Shown: positions 28,701 to 42,420 of the stretch, in pieces | Numbering within the stretch: position 1 is the first letter of the stretch | How the letters are laid out: each line of letters opens with the position of its first letter | Program-made: the position numbers and the translations under genes | The notes under the pieces: generated by a model | What the model saw: only the letters and a program-made list of their open reading frames with translations | What the model was told of the DNA's origin: nothing | The model's database searches: none | Assembly (NCBI RefSeq): GCF_001194135.2 | Contig: NC_068983.1 | Span: forward strand, 67,313,249-67,377,248 | DNA from: Octopus bimaculoides | Lineage: Eukaryota | DNA length: 64,000 nt | Direction: 5' to 3'

Positions 28701-29236
28701 TGTTGATATATGCACGCACACAAACACATGTATATATATATGTGTGTGTGTGTTTATGAATTATATGTGTTTGTATATTTTTGTCTATATGTATAGATAT
28801 GTATACATCTATAGATATAAACCAATATCTGTATGCATATATATATATATATATATAAATATATATGCATGTATAAATATTGGCTATGTCAAATATGTAC
28901 AAAAGAAAAATATTTTTTGCATTAATAGCAAATGCAAAAACAAAATACTACAATGAAAGAAAAAAATGACGCTGGTGCAAAATTATACTCATCTTTTATA
29001 AAATCTCATACGTTATGTGAGGAATATTTTACACATCTCACAATTATATAGATGTATATGCATATTAGAATGAAAAAACACTTATATAAGTATTATATGT
29101 ATGTGTGTGTATATTAATATATGTATTTATATATATGTTATATGAATATGTACGTTTGTGTACATGTGCACATATAAATAGATGTGTATAATATATATAG
29201 ATATCATATATTATATATATATAAATATATGCAATA

Positions 29237-29272
<36 letters not shown>

Positions 29273-29372
29273 NNNNNNNNNNNNNNNNNNNNNNNNNNNN
29301 NNNNNNNNNNNNNNNNNNNNNNNNNNNNNNNNNNNNNNNNNNNNNNNNNNNNNNNNNNNNNNNNNNNNNNNN

Positions 29373-29409
<37 letters not shown>

Positions 29410-29529
29410 TTAAAATGTATATTTATGCTGTATATGTATATATATATGGTATATAGCGTGTTTCTATATATGTATCTTGTGAAAAATAATGCATATGTAT
29501 GTATATAATATATATAATGTGTTTATATA

Positions 29530-30060
<531 letters not shown>

Positions 30061-30354
30061 AGTGAACATAGCTCACCCAAAATTTAAGGTGATATGCTCA
30101 TATCTGTCAGGCTGCAGATTTGATTCTTGGCTCAACTTAGGTATTGTGTCCTGGAGTAACATATTTCATTTCACATTTCTCGAATCCCCGCAGCTGAGAA
30201 TGAGTGCTAGAAAAAGAAGAGGAGTTTAGATCTGTGCTAGGTTGGTGTTCATCTCATCATTAAGTCTTGTAATCTCACCTAAATATCACAGAAATCTGAA
30301 AAACGCCAGCCTTGTGAGCCTGTAGGTTTGAAACAGATTTTATGCTTATGTATG

Positions 30355-30455
<101 letters not shown>

Positions 30456-30817
30456 TCACACACACACACATATATATATATATGATAATGAGCTTACTGC
30501 ATGCAATATGTATATGTACATATATATGTGGGTGTGTGGGTGTTTCTGCTTTTTTATGCTTCCATGCACTGGATAGTTTTATAGAGGCAGTAATTTACAA
30601 CCAGACATCCTTTATATTGCCAAGTTTTAGTTACCTGTTGCACATACACATTAATATATATAAGTAAATATATGTGTGTGCATATATCAATATATATGTT
30701 TGTGTCATACATGAGTGTATATGAATATATGTGTGTGTGTACATATATATATATGCATATATATATTGTGTGTGTGTGTATATAATGTGTTTGTATATAT
30801 ATGTGTGTGTATGTGTG

Positions 30818-30860
<43 letters not shown>

Positions 30861-31794
30861 CACAGATATAAATTTATTTAAATATAATTTGATTGCTTTT
30901 TAGTCGGTGTATTTGTTGTGAAAGCTACTTGTACAACACTTCACACTGGAGACATGCCAAATGTACAATTAAATTACACAACTGGTCCCTAAACTTGGAT
31001 CAGTTAACTATATAAGGACTTTCAAATTTACGTTGATGTTGGGATGTATCCTAACCAAATCTACTCATGAAAAGAATCTATTGCGGGGGAATATAGTGAA
31101 CCAAATTTATAAATATAAAGAGATACTCAGTGGACTTTTGTGAACATTTCCTGAAAAAAAAAAGAAAAACTGAAATCAATTTTTAATGTTTTTTCATTTC
31201 TTTATTTAATCCCTTTTTAAATTTTAAAACAAAAGCCATACATGTTGAAGAGTTTTACAAAAATCTCCTGCTCCCTTGAAATTATAACTGTTATTTATAA
31301 AACAAACAAAAATAAAATTTTCTTGTTATTGTATTTTTGTTTACATTTTGCTTATAATATGTACTGAGATCTTCCAAGACACACAAGTGTTTAACTTGAC
31401 CAGACTGGTGGTTTTAACTGAGCTGTGAAATAGATAGTTGCATCTGAGGTGGAGTCCTGTTTCACTTAATAGTATTTTAATTGTTTTCTAGCACCCATAT
31501 CCCAACCTCTGTGCTCTCAATTAGATTTTTATTTTAATACTCTTCAATTTGGTAAAAATTTGTTGAATCATTGAAGAAATTAACAAGCAAATGAAACAGA
31601 AAAAAGAAATACTCTAAAATTGCGTGTGCATAGATGAATGTTTTCGTTGTATTTATTTACATTCCATTCATTGTTTATATGCGTAAATCTGAAATTATTG
31701 TTTTAATTTCTCTTTGAAAAGTTTTTCTTTGTACCTTAGTTATTTTTGAATTTAAATTTATTGTATAATTATTACTTTTGAAATATTATTATTA

Positions 31795-31841
<47 letters not shown>

Positions 31842-32311
31842 AATACTCCAAATACTTTATTAATAATAATCATCATCATCATCATTTATTGATGTCACTA
31901 TTATAATGTTATACACTGATACTGACTTACCATAACTGTTATAATTAGTTTTATCATAACAAAATATATATTTCAACCATTGTTATGTACCTTATTTTAT
32001 CTACTGCTGCTATTTCGCAACTAATGGTTAAAATAAAAAAAATTTAAAAATTAATAAATTAAAAAAAGAACAAAATCTAAAAACAAAAAAATATTCACAA
32101 GAAGTTGTTTTGCATTTGTTGCCACTATGTATATATGTTTTGTATATATACATTGACCACAACTGCAAAGTTGCTGTATTGGGAGTTCTTGCTGTGTGCA
32201 TCTGTTACATCATATTTGTACCACGCCTTTATGCATATTAAAACAATACAAAATAAATTCACGTGTCACTACATATATATGTATATATATGTACATATAT
32301 ATATATATATA

Positions 32312-32394
<83 letters not shown>

Positions 32395-32475
32395 GTATAT
32401 ATATACATGTATATATATACATGTATATATATACATGTATATATATACATGTATATATATACATGTATATATATA

Positions 32476-32506
<31 letters not shown>

Positions 32507-32947
32507 CTAGCAGAAGCACTAATTATTAAAAACAAAAATATTTAAAGTAGTATCAATACATTTTTGAAATTAATATTCATTAACTCTGTAATGATGATGA
32601 TGATGATGATAAAAATGATGAAAAAATTAATTACAAAGTTACTAGCAAAGCAATAGATAGGTTTTAACAAACATTCTAAAATTATAATAACACTAGTATT
32701 AATTATGGGTACTAATAGTACAACAACTAATACTACTACTACTACAATAAAATACACACATATTAATAGTAGTAATGCAACCAACACTAGATTTCTAATC
32801 AGCTGAAATCTTGATGAAGGAGAAAGAAGTATAAAATCTTTGTATAGAGTGGAAATAGTGTTAAAACAGTATGGTGTTGACTTGACAATAGCTAATAAAA
32901 ACATTAACAAAACTATATCAACAGCAGCAACAATAATATGCAATTGC

Positions 32948-32986
<39 letters not shown>

Positions 32987-33628
32987 TAAGAAACCAAAGA
33001 AAAACCCAACAGAAATGGTATTTATTCAGCTTCATGTATTTGTATATCTATGGTGGAAACCCTTTATAAATACCAAAACAAAAGCTATGAGTGATCAATA
33101 TATCTCAAGTGAGGGTTTTTTTATGTTTACAATTAAATTTTATTTTATTTTTATTTTTGTCTTTGGGGTTTGTTTAATAGCTGACGTTTTTAATAACAAT
33201 AAAGTCAGCTTTTCTCAAAACCAAATGTTGTTATTAAAAAGTGTTTTTAAAGTATACAGCTTCCAGGGTTCCCTTTGTATATCAGCATACATGTACTCAA
33301 ACATATGTACTTCTACATACTTGAACATTAATTTATGTTTGTGCATAGGCACAAAGATGCATACAATATACACATACATGAACAAAATGTAGTTACAGAC
33401 TTATTATACCCAGTTATTTTCAGCTTTATTGAAAACAGTGTTATAATTGTTGAAGGCAATTTTTAACCATTTGATAAAAACAATGTTATATGCATATGTT
33501 AATGTATTGATATGCAAACACAAATACAAGAATCACCTACAGGACACAAGATTCTCTATAATTTGTAACACACCTTAAATCAACAATAGTCATGCACATG
33601 CATATAAAAAATACATGCATGTGTGATA

Positions 33629-33675
<47 letters not shown>

Positions 33676-34639
33676 GTGTGAGTGTGTGTATGAGTATATA
33701 TATATATGTGTGTGTACATATATATATGTATATGTGTATATATATCTATATGTATGTATATATATATATGTATATGTATATACATATATTTGCACTGCAC
33801 ATATACAATACACATGTATGAGTGTATGTATGTGTGTGTAAAATGATGTGTATGCATGTATCTACTATATATTTCTGTGGTTACTTCTCTGCATGTGTGT
33901 GTGTGTGTGTGTGTGTGCATGCACACAAATTACATAAGCACTTACATATTCATACACAAATCATGAACATTCATATATATATATATATATACACTGTCAC
34001 ATACAATAAAAATAGGTGCATGACAATCAGCTGATACTTCTTGAAATGATTATTTTTGGGACCATTCTGGGGAACAGAAAAAATCTTCAAGAAGAATATG
34101 GGGTAAAACACTCAGAGATACAACTATGAAAAACCTTAAACAGCTAATTGTATTTCAAAACAAAATGATAGATTGTAGATTTTCAACCAGTTTTTTTTTT
34201 ACCTTTTGTTGTTTTTGTTTATTTATTAATTATTTTAAAAATCTTATAGTTTATATAGTGTATGTTAATTTCTAATATCCGACCACTGGGAAAAAGCTGG
34301 ATTATGTTATATAGTGGCACAGTTATCTTTATGTCTTCTATTTAATAAAAATTCAAATAATAAAAAAAAATATATCTGTTAAATTTGTGGTTGTTTTATT
34401 TTTAGAATTATTGCTTTAATTTCCTTCGGTTTTTGTTGTTTTTTTTTTTTTTTCATATCATGCAATTATATTTTCATCATCTACAAGATAGACATAGTAA
34501 GTAAATCAGATGAAACAAATCAGGAAGAAAACAGTAAGATATTGTAGGAAAAAATGAAGGGAAAGGTAATAACAGTTAGAGAGACAAGTAATTTGAAAGT
34601 GTTAGCATTATAGATGCAGCAAAAATTGAGAAAAATGTA

Positions 34640-34760
34640 TGTTTACAAGTTTAATTCTCAATCATGAGCTTCCAGGTTCAATCTCACTTCATGGCACTTA
34701 AGGCAAGTGTCTTCTGCCATGACCTTGATTTGATCAAGGAAGGAAATTGTGAAGAATTCA
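34640..34760 (+). mobile_element. Degenerate family-A SINE head
   Basis: TCCAGGTTCAATCTCACTTCATGGCACTTAAGGCAAGTGTCTTCTGCC aligns to the family-A B box and core. Confidence 0.5.
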
Positions 34761-35041
34761 CCAGATATATATGTTTTTGTGTGTGTGCGTATCAGTTTGC
34801 TGTTATATCAAGTGACATATAAAAGTAATTTACCATTAAATTGAAGAGTTACTCAATATTTTTTAGAAAAATACATATTTACTCTTACTCTCAACATTTT
34901 GTAAAAGTTTATATGTGTTTGTGTGTGCGTATATGTATGCATGCATAAATGCTTATTTAATAGGTTTGTGTGATTGATATGCACTGAATGATGGACTCAG
35001 ATGCTGTTTGTAGGATAAGTAGATGTTAAATAAGAATGATA

Positions 35042-35482
35042 CTCTCTCTTTTACTTTACTTGTTTCAGTCATTTAACTGTGGCCATGCTGGAGCACTGCC
35101 TTTAGTCGAGCAAATCGACCCCAGGACTCATTCTTTGTAAGCCTAGTACTTATTCTATCAGTCTCTTTTGCCGAACCACTAAGTTACGGGGACGTAAACA
35201 CACCNNNNNNNNNNNNNNNNNNNNNNNNNNNNNNNNNNNNNNNNNNNNNNNNNNNNNNNNNNNNNNNNNNNNNNNNNNNNNNNNNNNNNNNNNNNNNNNN
35301 NTATATATACACATATATACGACAGGCTTCTTTCAGTTTCCGTCTACCAAATCCACTCACAAGGCTTTGGTCGGCCCGAGGCTATAGTAGAAGACACTTG
35401 CTCAAGATACCACACAGTGGGAATGAAGCTAGAACCATGTGGTTAGTAAGCAAGCTACTTACCACACAGCCACTCCTGCGCC
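35042..35482 (-). mobile_element. Full-length family-A tRNA-derived SINE
   Basis: Reverse complement runs from GGCGCAGGAGTGGCTGTGTGGTAAG through an internal microsatellite and gap to the GACTGAAACAAGTAAAGTAAAAGAGAG tail. Confidence 0.92.
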
Positions 35483-35552
35483 TAATATATTAAGATTTTA
35501 ACTGTTAAAACTTCCAATCAAACAGTTGTTATTAACATTATACACATACATA

Positions 35553-35900
35553 TACAAGGTCCACCAGCTAAATTTGACAGTTTCCATAAAAAGAAAAGTA
35601 AACACAATATCTCATCCAAAAATAAGATAATTCAGCTAGATGATGGTTGGGGGTAGCAGTTTACTCAAAATAGCTGCCCTCAGCTTCCACCACAGCCTCT
35701 AGTTGGCTCTGGTACATGTGTTTCTCACTGTGTCCCTGGGGAGATCTTCAAGCATCTCCTTGATATTGGCCACCAGTTTGGTCTTGATGTTTCAGAGTTG
35801 GTGCTTTTCTCAACAGCACTCTACACAGTAATCCATGAAATTATAATCAGAGGGAAGCCAAAAATTGGGGCTGGGGAAGTCGTAGAAATTAACACACCGG
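35553..35900 (-). mobile_element. Tc1/mariner transposase 3' remnant with terminal repeat
   Basis: The minus strand translates, with stops and frameshifts, to FWLPSDYNFMDYCV*SAVEK...IKEMLEDLPRDTVRN...LEAVVEAEGSYFE*, matching the WPPxSPDLNPxDY region and C-terminus of DDD/E transposases. Ends at TA|CAAGGTCC. Confidence 0.72.
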
Positions 35901-35984
35901 GTAGTAATGATAACATCTAGCTACAATAATATTCTAAACAGAATATAATATCCAGCATTTTAAACAATACCAACTCTCCATCAC

Positions 35985-36120
35985 TATCATCATCATCATC
36001 ACCATCATCAATTAACATCCATGTTCCATGCTGGCATGGGTTGGATGGTTTGACAGGATCCAATGACTTGTCTGTGCTTCAGTATTTGCTTTAGATGGAT
36101 GCTTTTTTTCATGCCTCCAG
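35985..36120 (-). mobile_element. 3' tail fragment of family-C SINE
   Basis: (CAT)n followed by TTAACATCCATGTTCCATGCTGGCATGGGTTGGA is the reverse complement of the tail of the 36.6-37.1 kb element. Confidence 0.65.
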
Positions 36121-36639
36121 TACTAGTGAGGTCACTACACAGCTCACAACACTATGAACCCCTTGACAGAAGGGGAACGTCTATTGATGATAGACACTGA
36201 CAGTGTCATAGAACTTTGATAAAACTACTGGCAACATCTTGACAAAGATACCAGTTACTGAAAGATGATAGGTCCAGTCAAATGAATATAGGGGTAAATT
36301 TTATGATGCCATATTAAAGACTTCAGCAATGCAAAAATGAAAGAAAAACCCTGCACATCTAGTTCACTAGAGTATCTACAATACCTGCTTTTCAATACAT
36401 TCAACATCATCGTTCCCCATTTACTTTCATTTTACCTAGTTTTGGGGTAATGAAATTTGTGATGATAAGGAATTTCTGAGTCAAAATCATAGAGTAAGTT
36501 AGAATCAGGACTTCTCAAAAGAATTCTCGCAGTTAATGATTCTACCAATAATTATCTGTCACATCTTATTTAACTTCTCTACATCAATGTAACATAGAAA
36601 TGAATATTATGTCTATTTTGCAGATAATTTCTGTGATGA

Positions 36640-37093
36640 CACCTGTACCAGTAAATCACTAAGAGCACCGTCTGAGCGTGATCACTGCCAGAGCACCAGC
36701 TTTCTGACTTTCATGCCGGTGGCACATAATAGCACCATTTGAGCATGACCATTACCAACGTCGCCTTCCGGGCACTTCTGCCAGTGGCATGTGTAAAGAC
36801 ATTCGAGCGAGTTCATTGCCAGTACCGCTGGACTGGCCCTTGTGCAGGTGGCACGTAAAATACACCATTTCAAACGTGGCTGTTGCCAGTACCTCCTGAC
36901 TGGCCTTCATGCCGGTGGCACATAAAAGCACCCACTACACTCTCAGAGTGGTTGGCGTTAGGAAGGGCATCCAGCTGTAGAAACTCTGCCAAATTAGATT
37001 GGAGCCTGCTGTAGCCATCTGGTTCACCAGTCCTCAGTCAAATCGTCCAACCCATGCTGGCATTGAAAGCGGACGTTAAATGATGATGATGAT
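36640..37093 (+). mobile_element. SINE-like retroposon (family C), 3' portion with internal subrepeats and (ATG)n tail
   Basis: About four imperfect 65-70 bp subunits (AGCACCATTTGAGCGTG...TGCCAGT...GCCGGTGGCAC), then GGCGTTAGGAAGGGCATCCAGCTGTAGAAAC, ending GGACGTTAAA(TGA)n. Confidence 0.75.
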
Positions 37094-38983
37094 AATTTCT
37101 CTTTTAACATTTGTGATGCAAGATTTCAAAAGTAAACATGATATTCTTTGATGATATTTTTATCTCCTACGAAAGTTCCTAGAAAACTCTCAGTTAAAAT
37201 CACTTCTAAGTTTTGAATCAATCACTGAAAGTCAACATACCAGGTTGCTGAAAAATACTCCCAGTTTTCACATGATGAAATCCAAGAATTGTAATTTGCA
37301 CTATATAATGACATTAACTTGTAAAAAATATAATATGATATTTCTTTCTAAAAAATTATGCTATAATTTAATTTGAATTTGAGGTTTCCATGTGTATGTT
37401 CATTATCATCTATTTATCTGTTAAAAAGTGTAAAGACGTAACAAAATTACTACAGATAAATAATTACGACTTGTCAGAATGCATAAAAGAAAATATCTCT
37501 TGAAACAGATGTAGTGGGTAAAACTGTTATCTTTACAATACTACATTTAAAAAAAAATTTATCTGTCAATTGGAGAAAAAATGGTTATTGAAGAGGGAAT
37601 TGTCTGAATGAGAAAGTTAGGCACATGAAATAAGACTGGAAAAACCTATTGTAGGACACTTAATGTGAGTTTAAAGCACAAATTAATCCATACAGAAGAT
37701 TGAAACTTGTAAAAGAGCTCTACAGAGATGAGTAATCCAGAAATGGTTCTAGGGCCAAAGAGGTATGGTCATAGCATGACTACTAAATATGTGTTTGATA
37801 GAGAAAGTCAGAGTAACCATACCTACTCTTGTGCAATTTCCTGACAAATATTAGCCACAGACACTTGATTAAAATATTAGTTAAATCTGTTGCTGTTAGG
37901 TCATTGGACATCACTAATTTTTGGCACTGAAAATCACAAATAACTTTTTGCCAGCACTTTAGTCCCCCGGAATAAACAATGTGGCATGATCTAAGTATTC
38001 AAACCAAAATATACGTCAGCTACATTATAAATGAATACTATAAAAGAATCACCAAGACAGAAAAAAATCCCTCTTCCAATCATTTAGATTATTGGAAGAG
38101 GAAATTTTTATAGAGAAAAGTAAAATAATACTCTGAAAAGAAAAAGTGAGATGGAATTCCTTTTATATTAACCATCAATTCAGTGATAAGTCCAATTTCA
38201 ATGATTGTTTAGACATGTGTGAATTTTGGTATTAGAAATATTATCATTATATCAGGTATAGAGGAAACCTTGGAGTAGATCTCTTTTATTATAATCAGTG
38301 ATTGAAGGCAAGCACTGACCATGACATTTGCTATCCTTCTAAGATGATGAAAATGATGGGCCCCACTCCTATGGTACTGCATGGGAGTGGTATTCATGTG
38401 ACCATTTTCATTCTTCCTTTCTATATAATTTCATCTCATATTCATTCGTTTTATGTTTTTTGTCCCCACTATGGTGTTGTGTCTGTCCTTGTGGTGTCCC
38501 TCTCTGTGTTTGGTGCCTTGTGCCTAATAAAGAAATTGAAAATGATAGGACAAGTATTTACTTTGAAGTTCGGATAATGAAAAAATTGTCAGCATTACCA
38601 AATTGAGGGTTCTTGTGTCATTTTTTTTTTGCCCAAGAGCAAAAGCCCTTTTGGTGCCCCCTCTATTATTAAAAGTATGGTAGACAAGAGGAAATTTGCA
38701 CCTCTTCACACTGACAGCCAAGAGCGACTACCGTTGTTGCCCCTACCCTCTTACTACACCCATGAATGCAGAGAATGAGAGAATTTGAGAGAATGGAAGA
38801 TCTTGAAGGAATAATTGGGCAGAGTGTTTCATGTGGGGTCTGAGTGAAGCAAGTATGGAGGCTGTTACTTGAGAGGTGCACAGGCACACTGAATTCATTG
38901 TAGAGAAGCAGAAAGAGAAAATAGAATATCTGTAACTGAGTGTTTGTAACAAGTTCATAAATAATCACCATTGAGTCAGATAC

Positions 38984-39415
<432 letters not shown>

Positions 39416-39624
39416 ATTTGTTTTTGGTAGCAGTGCTATAGTAGACTCATAAATTCATTCTTGAGTTTTGTATTGGAATGGATGTACAGACAAACCATTA
39501 ACAGCTTTTTTGAAGAATTTTGCGGACATCAGAAAAAATTCAAATCGGTAACAATTTCCTTGTTCAATTACAAAAAAGACTGATTTTTGTTTTCACATCA
39601 GGAAGAAATACATACACTCATACA

Positions 39625-39744
39625 TAAAAACATACATGCATGCATACATACATTCATACATTCATACATACATGCATGCATACATACATACATACATACA
39701 TATATACATACATACATATATACATACATACATACATACATACA

Positions 39745-39775
<31 letters not shown>
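39625..39775. repeat. (ATAC)n microsatellite
   Basis: Directly visible tetranucleotide tandem repeat. Confidence 0.9.
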
Positions 39776-40284
39776 TCAGTTCTCTCCTGATTGAGAGATT
39801 ACTCCATGTTGATGGCTTTGGTGATTAAGAAGACCAAATCTTATGCAAAACAGGCAACAGTAAAGATGGCACGGATGTACTGGCAGTAGGAATAATTGTT
39901 ACGTCATGCACTCTTTACATTTCTCCTTCAACTTTTCCGTTTCTTTTGTCTTCAAAACGCCATTCTGCTGGTGACATTTTAAGGGTCTTTAGCAGATTTT
40001 TGTAACGATAGAAAGGTTGTCGTTATGCACTTTTTTCAGTGGTTAATTCATTGAAGAAGACTTGACAAAGAAATCTCTCTTTTCACGTTCTAACCACACG
40101 TCCTGACCATCGTAGCATTGCCCTCTGTGCACTGAAGCTGCAATAAGTCAGGATCGATAAGTTGAGGAATTTTAAATCTCATTATGTTAAATAATCTACC
40201 TTTAATATCTGGAGGATATTCAAAACGATATTATTTACATTATTTACAATTGATGGATTTTTGTCTTCATCTTGTGTGTTGTTA

Positions 40285-40328
40285 ACACAACGTTTCGGCT
40301 GATAAACCCTCCAGCCTTCATCAGGTGT
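40285..40328 (-). ncRNA. Minimal type I hammerhead ribozyme (dimer-type)
   Basis: Minus strand reads ACAC-CTGATGA-A-GGCTG-gagggtttat-CAGCC-GAAA-CG-TT-GTGT. It has stem I ACAC/GTGT, an intact core, a 5-bp stem II and a palindromic AACGTT stem III. Confidence 0.8.
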
Positions 40329-40386
40329 CTTGGGGAAATTTCGAACCTGGGTTCTCATTCCTAAGGTATTTTCGTTGTTGTTGTTG

Positions 40387-40446
<60 letters not shown>

Positions 40447-40724
40447 TCACTGCTTGGAATCGAACTTGGAATCTTGGAGTTAGTAGCGCATGCTCTTAAC
40501 CACTACGCCATATGCCCAGGCATTTGGCGTAGTGGTTAAGAGCGCGGGCTACTAACCCCAAGATTCCAAGTTCGATTCCAGGCAGTTACCTGAATGATAA
40601 TAATAATAATAATAATAATAATAATTTATAAAAATAAAACTACTGAACAATAATAATAATAATAACAACAACAACAACATTGAAAAATACCTTAGGAATG
40701 AGAACCCAGGTTCGAAATTTCAAG

Positions 40725-40768
40725 ACATCTGATGAAGGCTGGAAGGTATGTCAGCTGAAACGCTGTGT
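40725..40768 (+). ncRNA. Minimal hammerhead ribozyme, mutated copy
   Basis: ACAT-CTGATGA-A-GGCTG-gaaggtatgt-CAGCT-GAAA-CG-CT-GTGT. The core is intact but U16.1 is replaced by C (GUU to GCU). Confidence 0.7.
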
Positions 40769-40879
40769 TAACAACAAACACAATGAGGACAAATATCCGT
40801 CAATTGTAAATAATGTAAATAATATACATAATTCCTCATCTCTTAAATATAGAACTATAATATTCAAAACGATTTACAG

Positions 40880-42420
40880 AGAAGTAAAATGGAAGTGTAT
40901 AGGTGAAAGGATGCAAGTCTTTTTCCATCCATTTATAATTGGAAACTATTTAAAGTGTTTGTTTTGGAGAAAGCGACAACCTGACAACGTCCTGCAGTGC
41001 TTGAACTAATGAGATGAAGCGGTTTGGAAGTGGTTTTCATGATTATGTGGAGGTAGCTTCGAAAGATTCATGCAAATATTTTTCCTGTTATGGAGGGCAA
41101 TGATAATCCAGGTTAATTCCAAAATCTTCAGGATCTTTTCTTGAAAATGTCGATAATAACATCTTAAACTTGTTTTAAGACTCACAAGACTTTTAAGTCT
41201 TCACATACTTTCTAGATCAATAAGAAGAGCTTGGTTTAGAGAAGCAGACCACTCTCCTGGTTTCAGTAATTCAGCAAAGAGGTCGTCTGAACTCGGTGAT
41301 TTTCATGCTTTCATACTCTACATGGCATTCTAAATTTCCGAAAAGTTGGTTGGACGTTCATCTACAATTGTACAGGTTGATGCAGGATATTTCTCAAAAA
41401 TTATTCGGTTGTTGTTGAACTCAGCAGCGAGGAAAAAGTGTTCCTTTCAGCATTCAAGGATATCTTGTGGCTCTGTCACATTGTTGTCTGCCTCTAAAAG
41501 GCTGTCCGTTGATATCCATATTAAACAAAGCACTTACTTTACTTTAGTAAGGAAGTTTAGGAAATTGCAAGCGTTTGCTTAATTTTGAACATCTGTTGCT
41601 TTCTGCAGCAACCAGTCATTCTCTATTTGAGCTTGGTTTGAATAATTTAAATTTTGATTTTTGCGTCCTGTTTGTGTGATGTCTGAGCCGCTTGCTTTCC
41701 AACGATTTATTTCCTGATTCCAACTTGTTTGTCATCAAACTAACTAATTTCAGTCGTGATGCCTTGTATTAATGACCATTCTTTACTCAGAAAGCAATGG
41801 CAGTGCTTGGGTTTAAGAAATGAGCTCAAAGTGAATAGCTATTTGAAAGTTGCTGCTGATGACAAAAAGCCTTAAATTATCATATATTCTTTGAGATAAG
41901 AAAGCCTACTAAAATGGTAATGCCTGTTTTTTTTTTCTTTGAGCCTGTCCTAAATGTGATTTTCTTGCTGTGATGACGAAACAGATATCTACCCAACAAT
42001 CAACAGCACTGGGAACTGTCCTGGTAAAGACAATGTCTTTTTAGTTTGTCTTGTTGTTGGACAATGGTGTAGTCCAAAGGTGCCAGTGTCTTGAACGTGG
42101 ATCCATCCACGTAGTCTTGAATCTGTTGGGGAGTTAGACCTGAATGTTGGTTATATAGAGAGAGTGTTTCAAGCAGAGTCCAATGATGAGAAGTTTACTG
42201 GAATTATATTTCTCGATGCCTCTTTTACCAGTGCTAAGCCTCCGTAACCAATTGTTTCTCCCTACTCCAAAGAGTAGAAGTTTTTCTCTTGTATTTTCAA
42301 AAATAGTGTTGTAGATATAGATAGATTCTTCATACATTCTTCAGCATCAAGACATTGAGCATAAGCTGAAATGATCATAATAAATTTGTTTTGAGGTAAT
42401 GATGTACAAAAAGACATTAG
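40880..42420 (-). mobile_element. Degraded RTE-clade LINE (APE endonuclease to RT), many stops and frameshifts
   Basis: Minus-strand remnants: IISAYAQCLDAEE; LCLKHSLYITN..LPNRFKTTWMDPRSRHWH; FDDKQVGI; KEHF; KSPSSDDLFAELLKPG; GLSLPSITGKIFA; FPIINGWKKTCILSP. These match RTE/BovB APE and RT motifs. Confidence 0.82.

Larger units (their letters stand above)
40228..40825. mobile_element. Palindromic pair of tRNA-headed, hammerhead-containing non-autonomous retroelements
   Basis: Arms 40228-40516 and 40519-40825 are reverse complements around ATGCC-CA-GGCAT. Each arm has A box TGGCGTAGTGG, B box AGTTCGATTCC, (AAT)n(AAC)n, a hammerhead core and an AT-rich tail. Confidence 0.85.

Noticed and set aside
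36655-36935. CRISPR-like repeat array
   Set aside because: Eukaryotic context, degenerate units without unique spacers, and no cas genes.
40519-40590. Functional tRNA gene (apparent ACT anticodon); also the tRNA-like head at 56984-57050
   Set aside because: No proper acceptor stem; these are retroelement heads.
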